Shown here piece by piece: positions 1 through 9,075 of a stretch of DNA of 28,714 nucleotides. The notes beneath the pieces are model-generated. The model made no database searches. It was not told the origin of the DNA and saw only the letters and a list, made by a program, of their open reading frames with translations. Position numbers and translations under genes: made by a program. Position 1 is the stretch's first letter. The number at the start of each line of letters is the position of its first letter. The DNA comes from a virus (lineage: Duplodnaviria; Caudoviricetes), in the IMG/VR virus record IMGVR_UViG_3300010376_000723, positions 1 to 28,714 of that record, one strand, 5' to 3'.

Positions 1-1
1 G

Positions 2-499
2 AACTGGCAGAACCAGCAATTGCAGCGCCAACTGCAAGCGTTGCAGGGTGCCGGCGGTGCGCTGCAAACCGGAGGCGGCTTGATCGGTCAGGGCGTCAAC
101 ATGCAGGCCGCCGCGCCGACGCAGTACCTCGCCGGGTCGATGATGCCCTATAACACTTACAACACCATCGGCACCGGGCAGATGGGCGCGCTTACCGGCC
201 TCGGTCAGTTCGGCATGGGCGCGTCGCAACTGCCGCAGCAACAGATTGCCGACTATCTGCAATACATCCAGGCCGGCAATCAAGCGAACCAAGTCGCCAA
301 TCAGAATGCGCAGCTACAAGCGCAGATTCAAAACATGTATCAAGGGCAGATTGGTCAAGGACTCTCCGGCCTCGGCAACGCGTTTAGCAAAATGCCGGGG
401 ACCGGCGGAGCTACTTTGCCGAACGCCGTAAATCCGGGTTTCAACTACGCGCCCGCGCAATTCTCCGGCGGCTTCCCCTCGTATGGTCCGGGGTACTAG
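2..499 (+). CDS. DNA ejection/pilot-like virion protein (5' partial)
   Basis: Frame open from the window edge; Q/G/A/N-rich low-complexity sequence typical of podovirus internal virion proteins; directly upstream of two similar long genes. Confidence 0.6.
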   Translation, partial: NWQNQQLQRQLQALQGAGGALQTGGGLIGQGVNMQAAAPTQYLAGSMMPYNTYNTIGTGQMGALTGLGQFGMGASQLPQQQIADYLQYIQAGNQANQVANQNAQLQAQIQNMYQGQIGQGLSGLGNAFSKMPGTGGATLPNAVNPGFNYAPAQFSGGFPSYGPGY

Positions 500-502
500 C
501 CG

Positions 503-2824
503 ATGGCGGGGGACCTTACCGGGCTTGGTGTCGGCGGCTTCTATGGACCGTACCTCGCGGCAGAGGACGCCTACGCCGACATCGAACACAAGCGGCTTAT
601 GAACGAGGCGCAGATTGCCCGCGGCAACGCCATGCCCGATATTCTGTCGGCGCTTGGCCCTATCGGTGGGTTGCCCGCGCTCGGTCAACAGCAGCCGTTT
701 CAGGTCCAGCCGGGCATGCAACCGGGCGCTCCGGGCGGCCCGCTGCCAATGCCGGCGAGTGCCGTAGGTGGCGGTCCGCAACAGCCGCCAATGCCCGGCG
801 ACCCGACGACGTTTCAGCCGACACCTCCGCCGGGGCCGCAGCCGGGCCAACTCGCCAGCAACGGCCCGATGCCGCAACTCGGCGGCGCCGGTCCGCCGAT
901 GTTTGGCAACACCAACTTTCCGCCCGTTCCTGGCGGCGGCCCGCCCGGTAGCATGCCGGGCGCCGGTAGCCCGCCGCCGAATCCCGTCGCGTTGCAACGC
1001 TTCATCCTGCCGCCGCAACAGCAGCCGCCGCCTCCGATGGCCGGCGGGGCCGGCGCTGGTCCGAGTGGTGCCGGCCCCGCCGGCCCGCCGCAACCGGGCG
1101 CACAGGGCGGGCCGCAGCCGGTGCCAACGCAACGAGTGCAGCAACCGGTTCAGCCGCCGCAGATGCAGCCGCAGGGCGGGCCGGGCCTCGATTGGCGCAC
1201 CATCATGCAAAAGACCCTACAAGCCAACCCTGGCATCAAGCCGGCGGTGCTGGCCTATGCGGTCGATGCGTGGTTGCCGCTGATGAATCAGCAATCGCAG
1301 GAGCAATGGAAAGAGCAGAGCAACTACATCAAAGGGCTGCAAACGGAGAACCAGCTACAGCGCACCGAAAATCAATTGCTCATTGCGCAAGCCAATCTCG
1401 GCGGGCGGGCGGAAGATCGCGCGTCGCGGGAGCGCATTGCCGCAGGCCACGACGAAACGCGGATCAAAGTTGCGGATATGAGCATCACGGCGAAAAACGA
1501 ATGGAACAGGGTCAACAACGCCGTCAAAGTCGAATTGCAGGACTTAAAGGACGAAAACCGCCTGACGGCGCTTAACATGTCCATCGAGGCTCGGCGGGCG
1601 CTGGCACAAATGAGTGACGCGACTAAGCGCGAGTTGTTCGGTGACAAGATCGCGGCCGACTTGACGCGAACAAAGATTATGGATGCGACGCGGCGCTTTG
1701 GCATCGCCGCGACCGGCGAGCGGCAGGACAAGGCCCTTGCCGCCGCGGATGACCGACTCAAAGAGCAGATTGCGGACCGCCAGCTTCGCGCCGACAAGGC
1801 GCAGCAAATCAAGCAGGACATCGCCCACCTTAGCGCGGAGACGCGGATTGAGATTTCTCGCGCGGCGCAAGCCGGCGCCAATTGGCGCGCTAATCTCAGT
1901 GACCGCGCCCGTCGAGAGATTGAGCAACAGAGGGAGGACGCTAAACAGCGACTAGAGGAATACCTTGAAGGCGGACGCATGGAGCGCACCGCCATGCAGA
2001 TTACAAGCCGCGAGAAAATCGCCGGCACCAATTTTCAGCTTAATCTGCAAAAGGCCAATGCGACGCGGGCGCAAGCCGGCTTACCGGAGCTTACGACCGA
2101 CGAAAACGGCAACGTTATCCAGTCGGCTACGCAAGGACTCAACCGCGTTGATAAGATGGCGGACGATGTTTACAGCGGCATGCGCCCGCCAATTGTCGGC
2201 GGTTTCGGCGGCATCGGCATCCCGCAAAAAGACGCGCAAGCGTTCAACGCGGCGATGACGCGTCGGCACCCGGATTTTAATTGGTCAACGGCAATCCAGC
2301 AGTGGCAACAGCAGCAGCGACTTGCGTTGCAGATGGTTGGGCCGCAGCAATTGCGGTTCCGGCAACTCGAATACAGCATTTCGCCGTTCCTGGCGGAGTT
2401 GGATAGCCTGTCGCGCGAGCGTGGAATGGGCGGCCTGTTGGCGCTCAATCAACTGGACTTGGCGAAGGAACGGCAGAAGGGTAATCCGCTGGTCGCGCGC
2501 TACGACACGGCCTTTGGCGGCATCATGGGCGAACTGGCGCAAGTGGAGAACGGCGGCTATGCGCCTACCGACTCGTCGTGGAAGGCGGCCTATGAGCAGA
2601 TCAACTCGGCGCGCGGCATGCAGGCGCAGCTAGCCGCGTTGCAGGAGATTAGAAAAATTATCGGCTTCCGCGTCGCCGGCATGAACGCCGTAGCGCCGGG
2701 CTTGGTGCCGGGCGCCGGCAATCCCTATTCGCCAAACGTCGTGCCGCCGATGGGCCGCAGTGCGGCACCGCCTAGCGGCGCGGCGGAGCCTATTGACACG
2801 TCGGGTTGGAGAATTGGTCACTAA
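503..2824 (+). CDS. Large DNA ejection/internal virion-like protein (773 aa) with Pro/Gly/Gln-rich N-region and long helical middle
   Basis: Long ORF 3 nt after the previous stop; TAATG coupling to the next gene; function inferred from composition and synteny. Confidence 0.65.
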   Translation: MAGDLTGLGVGGFYGPYLAAEDAYADIEHKRLMNEAQIARGNAMPDILSALGPIGGLPALGQQQPFQVQPGMQPGAPGGPLPMPASAVGGGPQQPPMPGDPTTFQPTPPPGPQPGQLASNGPMPQLGGAGPPMFGNTNFPPVPGGGPPGSMPGAGSPPPNPVALQRFILPPQQQPPPPMAGGAGAGPSGAGPAGPPQPGAQGGPQPVPTQRVQQPVQPPQMQPQGGPGLDWRTIMQKTLQANPGIKPAVLAYAVDAWLPLMNQQSQEQWKEQSNYIKGLQTENQLQRTENQLLIAQANLGGRAEDRASRERIAAGHDETRIKVADMSITAKNEWNRVNNAVKVELQDLKDENRLTALNMSIEARRALAQMSDATKRELFGDKIAADLTRTKIMDATRRFGIAATGERQDKALAAADDRLKEQIADRQLRADKAQQIKQDIAHLSAETRIEISRAAQAGANWRANLSDRARREIEQQREDAKQRLEEYLEGGRMERTAMQITSREKIAGTNFQLNLQKANATRAQAGLPELTTDENGNVIQSATQGLNRVDKMADDVYSGMRPPIVGGFGGIGIPQKDAQAFNAAMTRRHPDFNWSTAIQQWQQQQRLALQMVGPQQLRFRQLEYSISPFLAELDSLSRERGMGGLLALNQLDLAKERQKGNPLVARYDTAFGGIMGELAQVENGGYAPTDSSWKAAYEQINSARGMQAQLAALQEIRKIIGFRVAGMNAVAPGLVPGAGNPYSPNVVPPMGRSAAPPSGAAEPIDTSGWRIGH

Positions 2825-4668
2825 TGGCTAATGGCGACGATGTACCCGAAGGCATGCAACGCTATCCGGTGACAAGCCCGGATGGCGTTCGCTTGTATGT
2901 CACGGCGCCGAAGGGCACACCGAACGATCAAATTTTGCAATACGCTGCAAAGCAGGCGCAAACCAATCCCGGCAAGATCAAGCCCGACGCGGACCTGACC
3001 GTACCGGAGGCGTTCGTTACCGGCATGACGGACCCGGCGGTCGGCGGCCATCAGCTTTACTCGCACCTCATGGAGTCGCCGGAGGAAGCGCACAAGGTCG
3101 ATACGCAAGTCCAGGCGCGCGAGGCGGATATTCGCGCCAGAGGTGGCGGCGGCATTTCTCGCCAAGTCGGCCGCGCGGCCATACAAGCGCCGCTGGCGCT
3201 GGCGACCGGCGCGCTCGGTCCGGCCGGCGCGGTTGGTGGCGGCGCCATATCCGGCTTAACAGAACCGGTTGCCAGCGGTGGCGATTACTGGACGCAAAAG
3301 AGTCTCGATACTCTCTTTGGTGGCGCCTTTGGTTTTGCCTTTGGCGGCGGCCTTGCCGGGACCATGGCTAAACGGCTCACGCCAGAGGCCCGCACCATGA
3401 TTCAGTCCGGCGTGAACCTTACGCCCGGTCAGATAATGGGCGGCCCGTTCCGGCGGATCGAGGAAGCCGCCTCTAGCCTGCCAATCCTCGGCAACTTCAT
3501 CCGCGGCGCCGAAGGCCGCGGCGTTGGCGCGTTCAACCGCTCTATCGCTAATCAGGCGCTGGCTCCAATCGGCGGTGCCTTGCCGAAAGGCGTCGAAGGT
3601 CGCGCCGCAGTCGGTGCTGTCGAAAGCCAACTTAGCGACGCTTACGATCAATTGTTGCCTCGCGTTCAAGTCAAGCTGGATGATGAATTTCAGAATAAGC
3701 TTCACGTTATCCGCGACAACGCGCGGGAGCTACCGACTCCGATACGCGAGCAATTTGAGAACATTTTGCAAAACCGGTTGGGCCGATACTTTGACCAGCC
3801 GCAGACGGCGCATGGTCCGATCCCGGCGACCGGCTATCAGCCGCCCGGCGGGCCGATGCCGCCGCCCGGCATGGGCCACAATCTAGGTCCGCAGCTACCG
3901 CCAGCCGGCGGGGTAGGTCCGCAGCTACCGTCGCAAAATCCGGCCGGCGGGCAGATGGGTCCGCAGATGGTCGGGCCGCGCCCGGTCAATGGCGAAACCT
4001 TCAAAGAAGGCGAGCGGGCGCTTCGCGACCTCGCTAACAAATATCGCCAGTCAAGTGACGTTGACCAACAGCGACTCGGTTGGTTTTTGGACGACGTGCG
4101 CGCCGCATTGCGTGACGCGTTGATCCGGCAAAACCCGAACGAGGCGGACCAGCTACGGAATATTGATCTTGGTTGGGCGATGCTTACCCGATTGCAGGAT
4201 GCGTCGAACCGGAGCGTTGCCAAGCTCGGCCGCTTCACGGCGGTTGATTTGCTGAACGCCGTCAAAAATCAGGACAAGACAATTCGCCATTCCGCTTTTG
4301 CCAAGGGCGATGCCTTGATGCAGACATACGCCGAGGCGGCGCAAAAGGTCCTGCCGCACACCTTGCCCGACTCCGGTACGACGGAACGCTACCTGACCAT
4401 CGAGGGCGCCAAGCTTGCCGGTAGCGCCGCGGCCGGCGGCGCCGCGGTCGAAGCCGGCGCCGTCTCTCCCGCTACTGTGTTGGCGGCCGGTGCCGGCCTG
4501 ACGGCCGCGGGCCTGCCGTACACCCGCGCCGGTCTTGCCGCCCTTAACTCGGTCCTGCGCAATCCGGCGCTCGGTCAATCGACGCTTGGCCGCGCGGCGC
4601 CTTACCTTGCGGTCGGCGCCGAACCGCTGGCATCGGGGCCGCCGCCCTATGGTGGGCCGCAACAGTGA
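2824..4668 (+). CDS. DNA transfer/ejection-like protein (614 aa)
   Basis: ATG 2824 overlaps the upstream TAA; Gly/Ala-rich hydrophobic stretches plus LTPGQ and PDSGT motifs seen in podovirus injection proteins. Confidence 0.65.
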   Translation: MANGDDVPEGMQRYPVTSPDGVRLYVTAPKGTPNDQILQYAAKQAQTNPGKIKPDADLTVPEAFVTGMTDPAVGGHQLYSHLMESPEEAHKVDTQVQAREADIRARGGGGISRQVGRAAIQAPLALATGALGPAGAVGGGAISGLTEPVASGGDYWTQKSLDTLFGGAFGFAFGGGLAGTMAKRLTPEARTMIQSGVNLTPGQIMGGPFRRIEEAASSLPILGNFIRGAEGRGVGAFNRSIANQALAPIGGALPKGVEGRAAVGAVESQLSDAYDQLLPRVQVKLDDEFQNKLHVIRDNARELPTPIREQFENILQNRLGRYFDQPQTAHGPIPATGYQPPGGPMPPPGMGHNLGPQLPPAGGVGPQLPSQNPAGGQMGPQMVGPRPVNGETFKEGERALRDLANKYRQSSDVDQQRLGWFLDDVRAALRDALIRQNPNEADQLRNIDLGWAMLTRLQDASNRSVAKLGRFTAVDLLNAVKNQDKTIRHSAFAKGDALMQTYAEAAQKVLPHTLPDSGTTERYLTIEGAKLAGSAAAGGAAVEAGAVSPATVLAAGAGLTAAGLPYTRAGLAALNSVLRNPALGQSTLGRAAPYLAVGAEPLASGPPPYGGPQQ

Positions 4669-5999
4669 GATTGCTTGTTATCGACGTGCAAGGCAACGCG
4701 TTGGATTTCTGCTTGCGGGAACAGGCCGTCGGCCACGAGGTAAAATGGTTCATTCGGCAAACGCCTAAGACGGAGCATGTCGGCCGCGGCCTAATCGACA
4801 TCGTGCCGGAATATCAGAAATGGTTGCTATGGTCGGATTGCATCTTTTGCGGCGACAACACCTATTACCTTCGCGACCTCGATGCGTTCCGTAAGGATAA
4901 CCCTACCGCGGCGGTGATCGCGCCGTCACAGGAAGCCGCGGCGTGGGAGCTAGACCGCAAAGTCGGGCAGGAGGTGTTTAAGAAGCACGGCATTGATACG
5001 ATACCGGGCAAGGAATTTTCCGACTACGACTCGGCCATCGCCTACGTCAAAAAGCACGACCAACGCTTTGTGTCGAAACCATCCGGCAACGTCGAGGACA
5101 AGGCCCTAAGCTACGTCAGCAAGTCGCCGTCCGACATGGTGTATATGCTGCAACGCTGGCAAAAGCTCGGCAAGCTGAAAACCTCGTTTATCTTGCAAGA
5201 GTTTGTCCCCGGAACGGAAATGGCAGTCGGCGGCTGGTTCGGTCCGGCCGGCTTCAATGGCGGATGGTGTGAGAACTTTGAATTTAAGAAGCTGATGAAT
5301 GGCGACCTCGGCGTGGCGACCGGCGAACAGGGTACGGTGTTGCGCGTGGTCAAGGCATCGAAGCTCGCCCGCAAGGTCCTGGCGCCGCTGGCCGACACGC
5401 TGCACGACATGAGCTATTGCGGCTATATTGATGTAAATTGCATCATTGACGACAACGGTACGCCCTGGCCGCTCGAATTTACCATGCGTCCCGGCTGGCC
5501 GACGTTCAACATTCAGCAGCCATTGTATGAAGGGAGCCTAGCCGAATGCCTCGCAGACTTAGCGAAGGGGATGGACCGGAGGAATTGGATCATGGACCGG
5601 ATAGCGGTCGGCGTGGTCCTGTCGATACCGGACTATCCGTATTCCCACCTGACGCGCCGGGAGGTGGTGGGGATTCCGCTGTACGGCCTGACGCCGGCAC
5701 TGTGGAAGCACTGGCATCCGGGCGAAATGAAGATGGGCGACGACGTGCCGGTAGTCCGGGCCGGGACGCACGCCAAGGTGCCTATGCCGGTGACGGCGGG
5801 GGATTACGTGGGCGTGATGACGGCGGTTTCGGACAACGTAAAGGACGCGGCTCTAACTTGCTACCGGCGCCTGGAAAAACTGACGATACCGAACTCGCCA
5901 ATGTACCGGACCGACATCGGCAAGCGGCTAGCGAAACAGCTACCGAAGATTCAGACACATGGCTACGCGGAGAAAATGGCTTACTCGCGGGAAAGCTAA
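4665..5999 (+). CDS. PurD-like (phosphoribosylamine-glycine ligase-like) ATP-grasp ligase, 444 aa
   Basis: GTGA coupling; ATP-grasp motifs FVSKP, ILQEFVPGTE, GDLGVATGEQG (cf. PurD GDTGPNTGGMG) and LEFTMRPGWP (cf. IEFNVRFGDP); lacks the PurD N-terminal GSGGREH motif. Confidence 0.8.
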   Translation: MRLLVIDVQGNALDFCLREQAVGHEVKWFIRQTPKTEHVGRGLIDIVPEYQKWLLWSDCIFCGDNTYYLRDLDAFRKDNPTAAVIAPSQEAAAWELDRKVGQEVFKKHGIDTIPGKEFSDYDSAIAYVKKHDQRFVSKPSGNVEDKALSYVSKSPSDMVYMLQRWQKLGKLKTSFILQEFVPGTEMAVGGWFGPAGFNGGWCENFEFKKLMNGDLGVATGEQGTVLRVVKASKLARKVLAPLADTLHDMSYCGYIDVNCIIDDNGTPWPLEFTMRPGWPTFNIQQPLYEGSLAECLADLAKGMDRRNWIMDRIAVGVVLSIPDYPYSHLTRREVVGIPLYGLTPALWKHWHPGEMKMGDDVPVVRAGTHAKVPMPVTAGDYVGVMTAVSDNVKDAALTCYRRLEKLTIPNSPMYRTDIGKRLAKQLPKIQTHGYAEKMAYSRES

Positions 6000-6235
6000 T
6001 CGAGGGCGCGGAGCTATCGCTTGATTGGTGCAACGAGATTTTGCGCCGGCCCCTGCCGCGGTCCGGTAACGATCCATCGTTTGCCGGCATCATGCGCGCC
6101 AAAAGCGCGGCCTCGCAAACGGTGCTTACCCTCGTTGGCCGGGTCAACGACCAAGAGCTACGCAAGCGCGCTCTTGATCGTCTGCCGGACTTGTTGAAGA
6201 TCATTCAGGATGAGGAACTAAAGGCGCTTAATTAA
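5546..6235 (+). CDS. Overprinted hypothetical protein (229 aa; disordered N-term, helical C-term)
   Basis: AGGGAG SD at 5531-5536, 9 nt before ATG 5546; the amphipathic helical C-terminal ~80 aa fill 5999-6235 and have no convincing SD-backed start of their own. Confidence 0.55.
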   Translation: MPRRLSEGDGPEELDHGPDSGRRGPVDTGLSVFPPDAPGGGGDSAVRPDAGTVEALASGRNEDGRRRAGSPGRDARQGAYAGDGGGLRGRDDGGFGQRKGRGSNLLPAPGKTDDTELANVPDRHRQAASETATEDSDTWLRGENGLLAGKLIEGAELSLDWCNEILRRPLPRSGNDPSFAGIMRAKSAASQTVLTLVGRVNDQELRKRALDRLPDLLKIIQDEELKALN

Positions 6236-6483
6236 ATATCGGCAAGCGTGTCGCCAAAGTTTTGATCTCTGATCTTGTGCCACTCCTTACCGGTCAGCTT
6301 GATTTTTGCCCCTTCCTCACGGGTCAGCTTGCGCGGTTTGAGTAGCGTCTTGCGCCGCGCCCGTAGCTTGTCGATTGCTGTGACGGCGCGGCTTAACTTG
6401 GCGTGCCACCTGTCCAGGGCGGCGGCGATTTGGAATAGCTCGACTTGCTTGCGCTCAAGCTGTTTGCTGGTCCTGTCTTGCAT
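6232..6483 (-). CDS. Hypothetical basic coiled-coil protein (83 aa)
   Basis: AAAGGA SD upstream; heptad-like sequence; converges with the late operon. Confidence 0.7.
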   Translation of the reverse strand: MQDRTSKQLERKQVELFQIAAALDRWHAKLSRAVTAIDKLRARRKTLLKPRKLTREEGAKIKLTGKEWHKIRDQNFGDTLADI

Positions 6484-6640
6484 GGCAACTTCCTTTGCTC
6501 CGGTCCGGCATTGGACCGTGGCAAGAGTCTACCACGCAAAAAATGGCGACCCCTCCAAACGCGGTTGAGTCGCCAAGTCAGCCACTGATTCAACAAACAA
6601 ACAAAAATCGAAAACGATGAATCACGCGGTTGTACACAAC

Positions 6641-6826
6641 CTACTTTTTTGCGAGGTGCCCGCCAAATTCTTGATCGTTGAATCCAAGCGGATAGAAATA
6701 ATCGACCCATCGCGCGGGTCCGCCCCCGAAGATCAAAAGCGGGGCGAACAGCAACAAAACGAGGATGATCGGCAGTAGCCAGAATTTTTTGCGCACCCGC
6801 AGGAAGCGCCAGAGTTCGAAAATCAT
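6641..6826 (-). CDS. DUF5989-like small membrane protein (61 aa)
   Basis: ELWRFLRVRKKFWLLPIILVLLL matches the remembered DUF5989 signature (ELWxFLxxRKKxWLLPI); start 1 nt after the upstream stop. Confidence 0.7.
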   Translation of the reverse strand: MIFELWRFLRVRKKFWLLPIILVLLLFAPLLIFGGGPARWVDYFYPLGFNDQEFGGHLAKK

Positions 6827-6827
6827 G

Positions 6828-6932
6828 TCACCACCATCCGCTGCCGTAGATTGCCGGGAACCAACCAAGCTCGATGATCGCGGCAAACAGTATGATCCAC
6901 AACGCGACTATCAGGGTGAGGTCGCGGGTCAT
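6828..6932 (-). CDS. Small single-TM peptide (34 aa)
   Basis: MTRDLTLIVALWIILFAAIIELGWF...; ATGA coupling with the upstream gene. Confidence 0.55.
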   Translation of the reverse strand: MTRDLTLIVALWIILFAAIIELGWFPAIYGSGWW

Positions 6933-7327
6933 GTTTTGTGTCCGTTCGTCTGCTTTTTCTTTTTCTCGGCTTCCTTCTGCGCCGCGCGGCGGTCGGCGGT
7001 TTTCAATATCCAATCGGCTTGCTTCTCGGCTTCCTCTTTCCAATCGAGGTCACGGACTTTTTTGTAGCCAGGAATTACAGTACCGTCCGGTAACAGTTCG
7101 TCGCGCCGGGCATAACCAAGCGCAGCGGCGAAGTTTGTTGACGACGCATTCTGCGGCCTTCGCGTTTTGCCGTTAATCCAATTGTCTATGGTTTGAGTTG
7201 CGAGTCCCGTTACCTCATGGGCCTGTGAACTTTTTAGGTGTTCGTCGCGAAGGATGGTTCTAAGCGCCGGGACTAACGGGTCCTGCTCGGTGAAGTGATA
7301 GTTACGATAGAATGAGACGCGTCGCAT
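6929..7327 (-). CDS. XRE-like HTH DNA-binding protein (132 aa)
   Basis: SQAHEVTGLATQTIDNWINGKTRRPQ HTH pattern; GGAG SD. Confidence 0.75.
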   Translation of the reverse strand: MRRVSFYRNYHFTEQDPLVPALRTILRDEHLKSSQAHEVTGLATQTIDNWINGKTRRPQNASSTNFAAALGYARRDELLPDGTVIPGYKKVRDLDWKEEAEKQADWILKTADRRAAQKEAEKKKKQTNGHKT

Positions 7328-7330
7328 GGG

Positions 7331-7789
7331 TTACTCCGTTGTTGGGGTTGCAAATGTTGAATTGCGCATACGGTCGAGAAGCTTTTTGGTGCGGTAGTAG
7401 CCCTTACCCTCAACGAGCGTTACAAGCCCCTCGTTTTTCATGCGGTGAATAGTAGAAGCAATGGACTTGCCGGAACGGCCATCGGCAACAAAGGCGGCAA
7501 CGAGGTCCGCTGTCGTAAGGTGCTTGTCGGAATTTCCAATGAGGCGCGCCATGAGCTTGAAGCCGGTCATGCCGCCGTGCGCAGTTTTCTTTTTTTCTCT
7601 GCGGGCCGGCGGCGGCAGCAAAAGCTGTTCCGGCTTATTGCGTTTCGTGCGGTTGCCCTGCCCGTTGGGAAGCAGTTGGCGAAAATCGGCGTCGAGGTCT
7701 TTTACCCACGGCATGCGATGCAGGACCCGCAAAGCCGAGATTACGTCGTCGTCCGCGACTTTGAGTTTGATTTCAAAAAGCTTCGCCAT
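7331..7789 (-). CDS. Winged-helix DNA-binding protein (152 aa)
   Basis: LTTADLVAAF...SIASTIHRMKNEGLV...GKGYY wHTH pattern; GAGG SD. Confidence 0.7.
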   Translation of the reverse strand: MAKLFEIKLKVADDDVISALRVLHRMPWVKDLDADFRQLLPNGQGNRTKRNKPEQLLLPPPARREKKKTAHGGMTGFKLMARLIGNSDKHLTTADLVAAFVADGRSGKSIASTIHRMKNEGLVTLVEGKGYYRTKKLLDRMRNSTFATPTTE

Positions 7790-7911
7790 GGCTACCTCTC
7801 TTGGCCGGGATGTATATTCTCAAGAGAAGCTTAACAGACCCTACCGCCGCAATTCAAACGGGAATTCAGGTTCCCGGCCAATGTCGGAAAGCCGACACGG
7901 CCGGGGACTTG

Positions 7912-9066
7912 TTAGCTCCGGCCGTTGCCGGGGTATTCCACGTCCTCAAAATCATCCTCGGCGGGTGCTTCCTCGGCAAAGCGCCGCGGCCCTTCCTCGG
8001 CTAGCTTCTCGCGGCGGTTCACAAGTCGGTTGGCGCTCCGGCCTTTATTGAGGTGGTCGCGAAGCAGCGAATACAGCACCGATTGTTTGCCACCGCCGGC
8101 CCCGCCGGAAGTGTGAATCAATTGGATCACGGTCGGATCGTGCATCGGGAAGCGGCCGAAAGCCTTGCGCCAATCGGCGTCGATATAGAGCACGGTTTCG
8201 CGCTCGCCGCGCCAGAAATTGCAATGGTCGGACAGCAGCAACGTCAGTTGGACAAGGAAGCCGGCGCGGCACTGTAGCGCCAAGTCGCGGAACGTCACGT
8301 CACGGACGCCCCACGCTTCATCGAGGAAGTCGAAAAAGTATTTGACGTTCTCGCGCCATTGATTGAGCCGGACAAAGGCGGCCTGCCGGTCCAGCGCCGG
8401 CACAAGCTCGCCAAGCGAATTACGGAACGCCGCGGTGCGGTGGGCGTGCAGCGCCGCAACGGTGCTGGCCAGGGTGCGGGCCGTAATCAGGTCCTGTGCC
8501 CGGCTCGCCTGCCGCCAGCACACGCGCTCAAACAGCGCGAAGGTCGGGTCGTTATGACACAGGCCGTAGAGGGTCAGCACGGCGGCGCTTTGGTGCCGCA
8601 TGTTGCGCAACAGCACGTTGGGCGACACTTTGGCGCGGTCGAGATTGAGGATTTTGAACCGCTCACGCTCCCACTCGCGCGTTGTGCCAAAGTGCACCAT
8701 GCAGCCTAGCCGCACGTCGAGGTCGGGCATGATGGTGAGGATGTGCAGGGCGGCGTTGCGGCGCTGCTGGCCGTCTATGATGTACACGTCGCCTTTAAGC
8801 CAAAACTCGCTTTCGTTGCGGCCTTCCACGTCGAAGTCGGTGCCGCGCATGCCTAGCTCGATGTCGGGCAAGCTCTCACGGTTTTTAAGCGCCTCCCACA
8901 AGCGGGTCAGCGCCGACAACGGCAACGCCTCGCGCTGGTATTCGTCCACTTTGAGGTGCTCCAGGGATGCCTTGTCGAGTACGCCGCGAAGCACGATTTG
9001 ATTGCCGCGCTCGGTCGCGACTTCATCCAGTGCGGCTTTGACAAGGTGGATTCGTTGCTCTGCCAT
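7912..9066 (-). CDS. DGQHR/ParB-Srx-fold (DndB-like) protein (384 aa)
   Basis: YQRE...YIIDGQQR...ERERFKILN motifs typical of ParB-like/DGQHR domains. Confidence 0.7.
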   Translation of the reverse strand: MAEQRIHLVKAALDEVATERGNQIVLRGVLDKASLEHLKVDEYQREALPLSALTRLWEALKNRESLPDIELGMRGTDFDVEGRNESEFWLKGDVYIIDGQQRRNAALHILTIMPDLDVRLGCMVHFGTTREWERERFKILNLDRAKVSPNVLLRNMRHQSAAVLTLYGLCHNDPTFALFERVCWRQASRAQDLITARTLASTVAALHAHRTAAFRNSLGELVPALDRQAAFVRLNQWRENVKYFFDFLDEAWGVRDVTFRDLALQCRAGFLVQLTLLLSDHCNFWRGERETVLYIDADWRKAFGRFPMHDPTVIQLIHTSGGAGGGKQSVLYSLLRDHLNKGRSANRLVNRREKLAEEGPRRFAEEAPAEDDFEDVEYPGNGRS

Positions 9067-9075
9067 TTCTTGTTA

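Noticed and set aside
314-1210. 298-aa minus-strand ORF and similar long antisense ORFs (1372-2031, 10017-10895, 20867-21568, 23497-24228)
   Set aside because: Arg/Ala-rich shadow frames of real GC-rich genes; no SD or motifs
4665-5999. Calling this gene purD, an auxiliary metabolic gene
   Set aside because: Substrate-binding motifs have diverged and no purine pathway context is present
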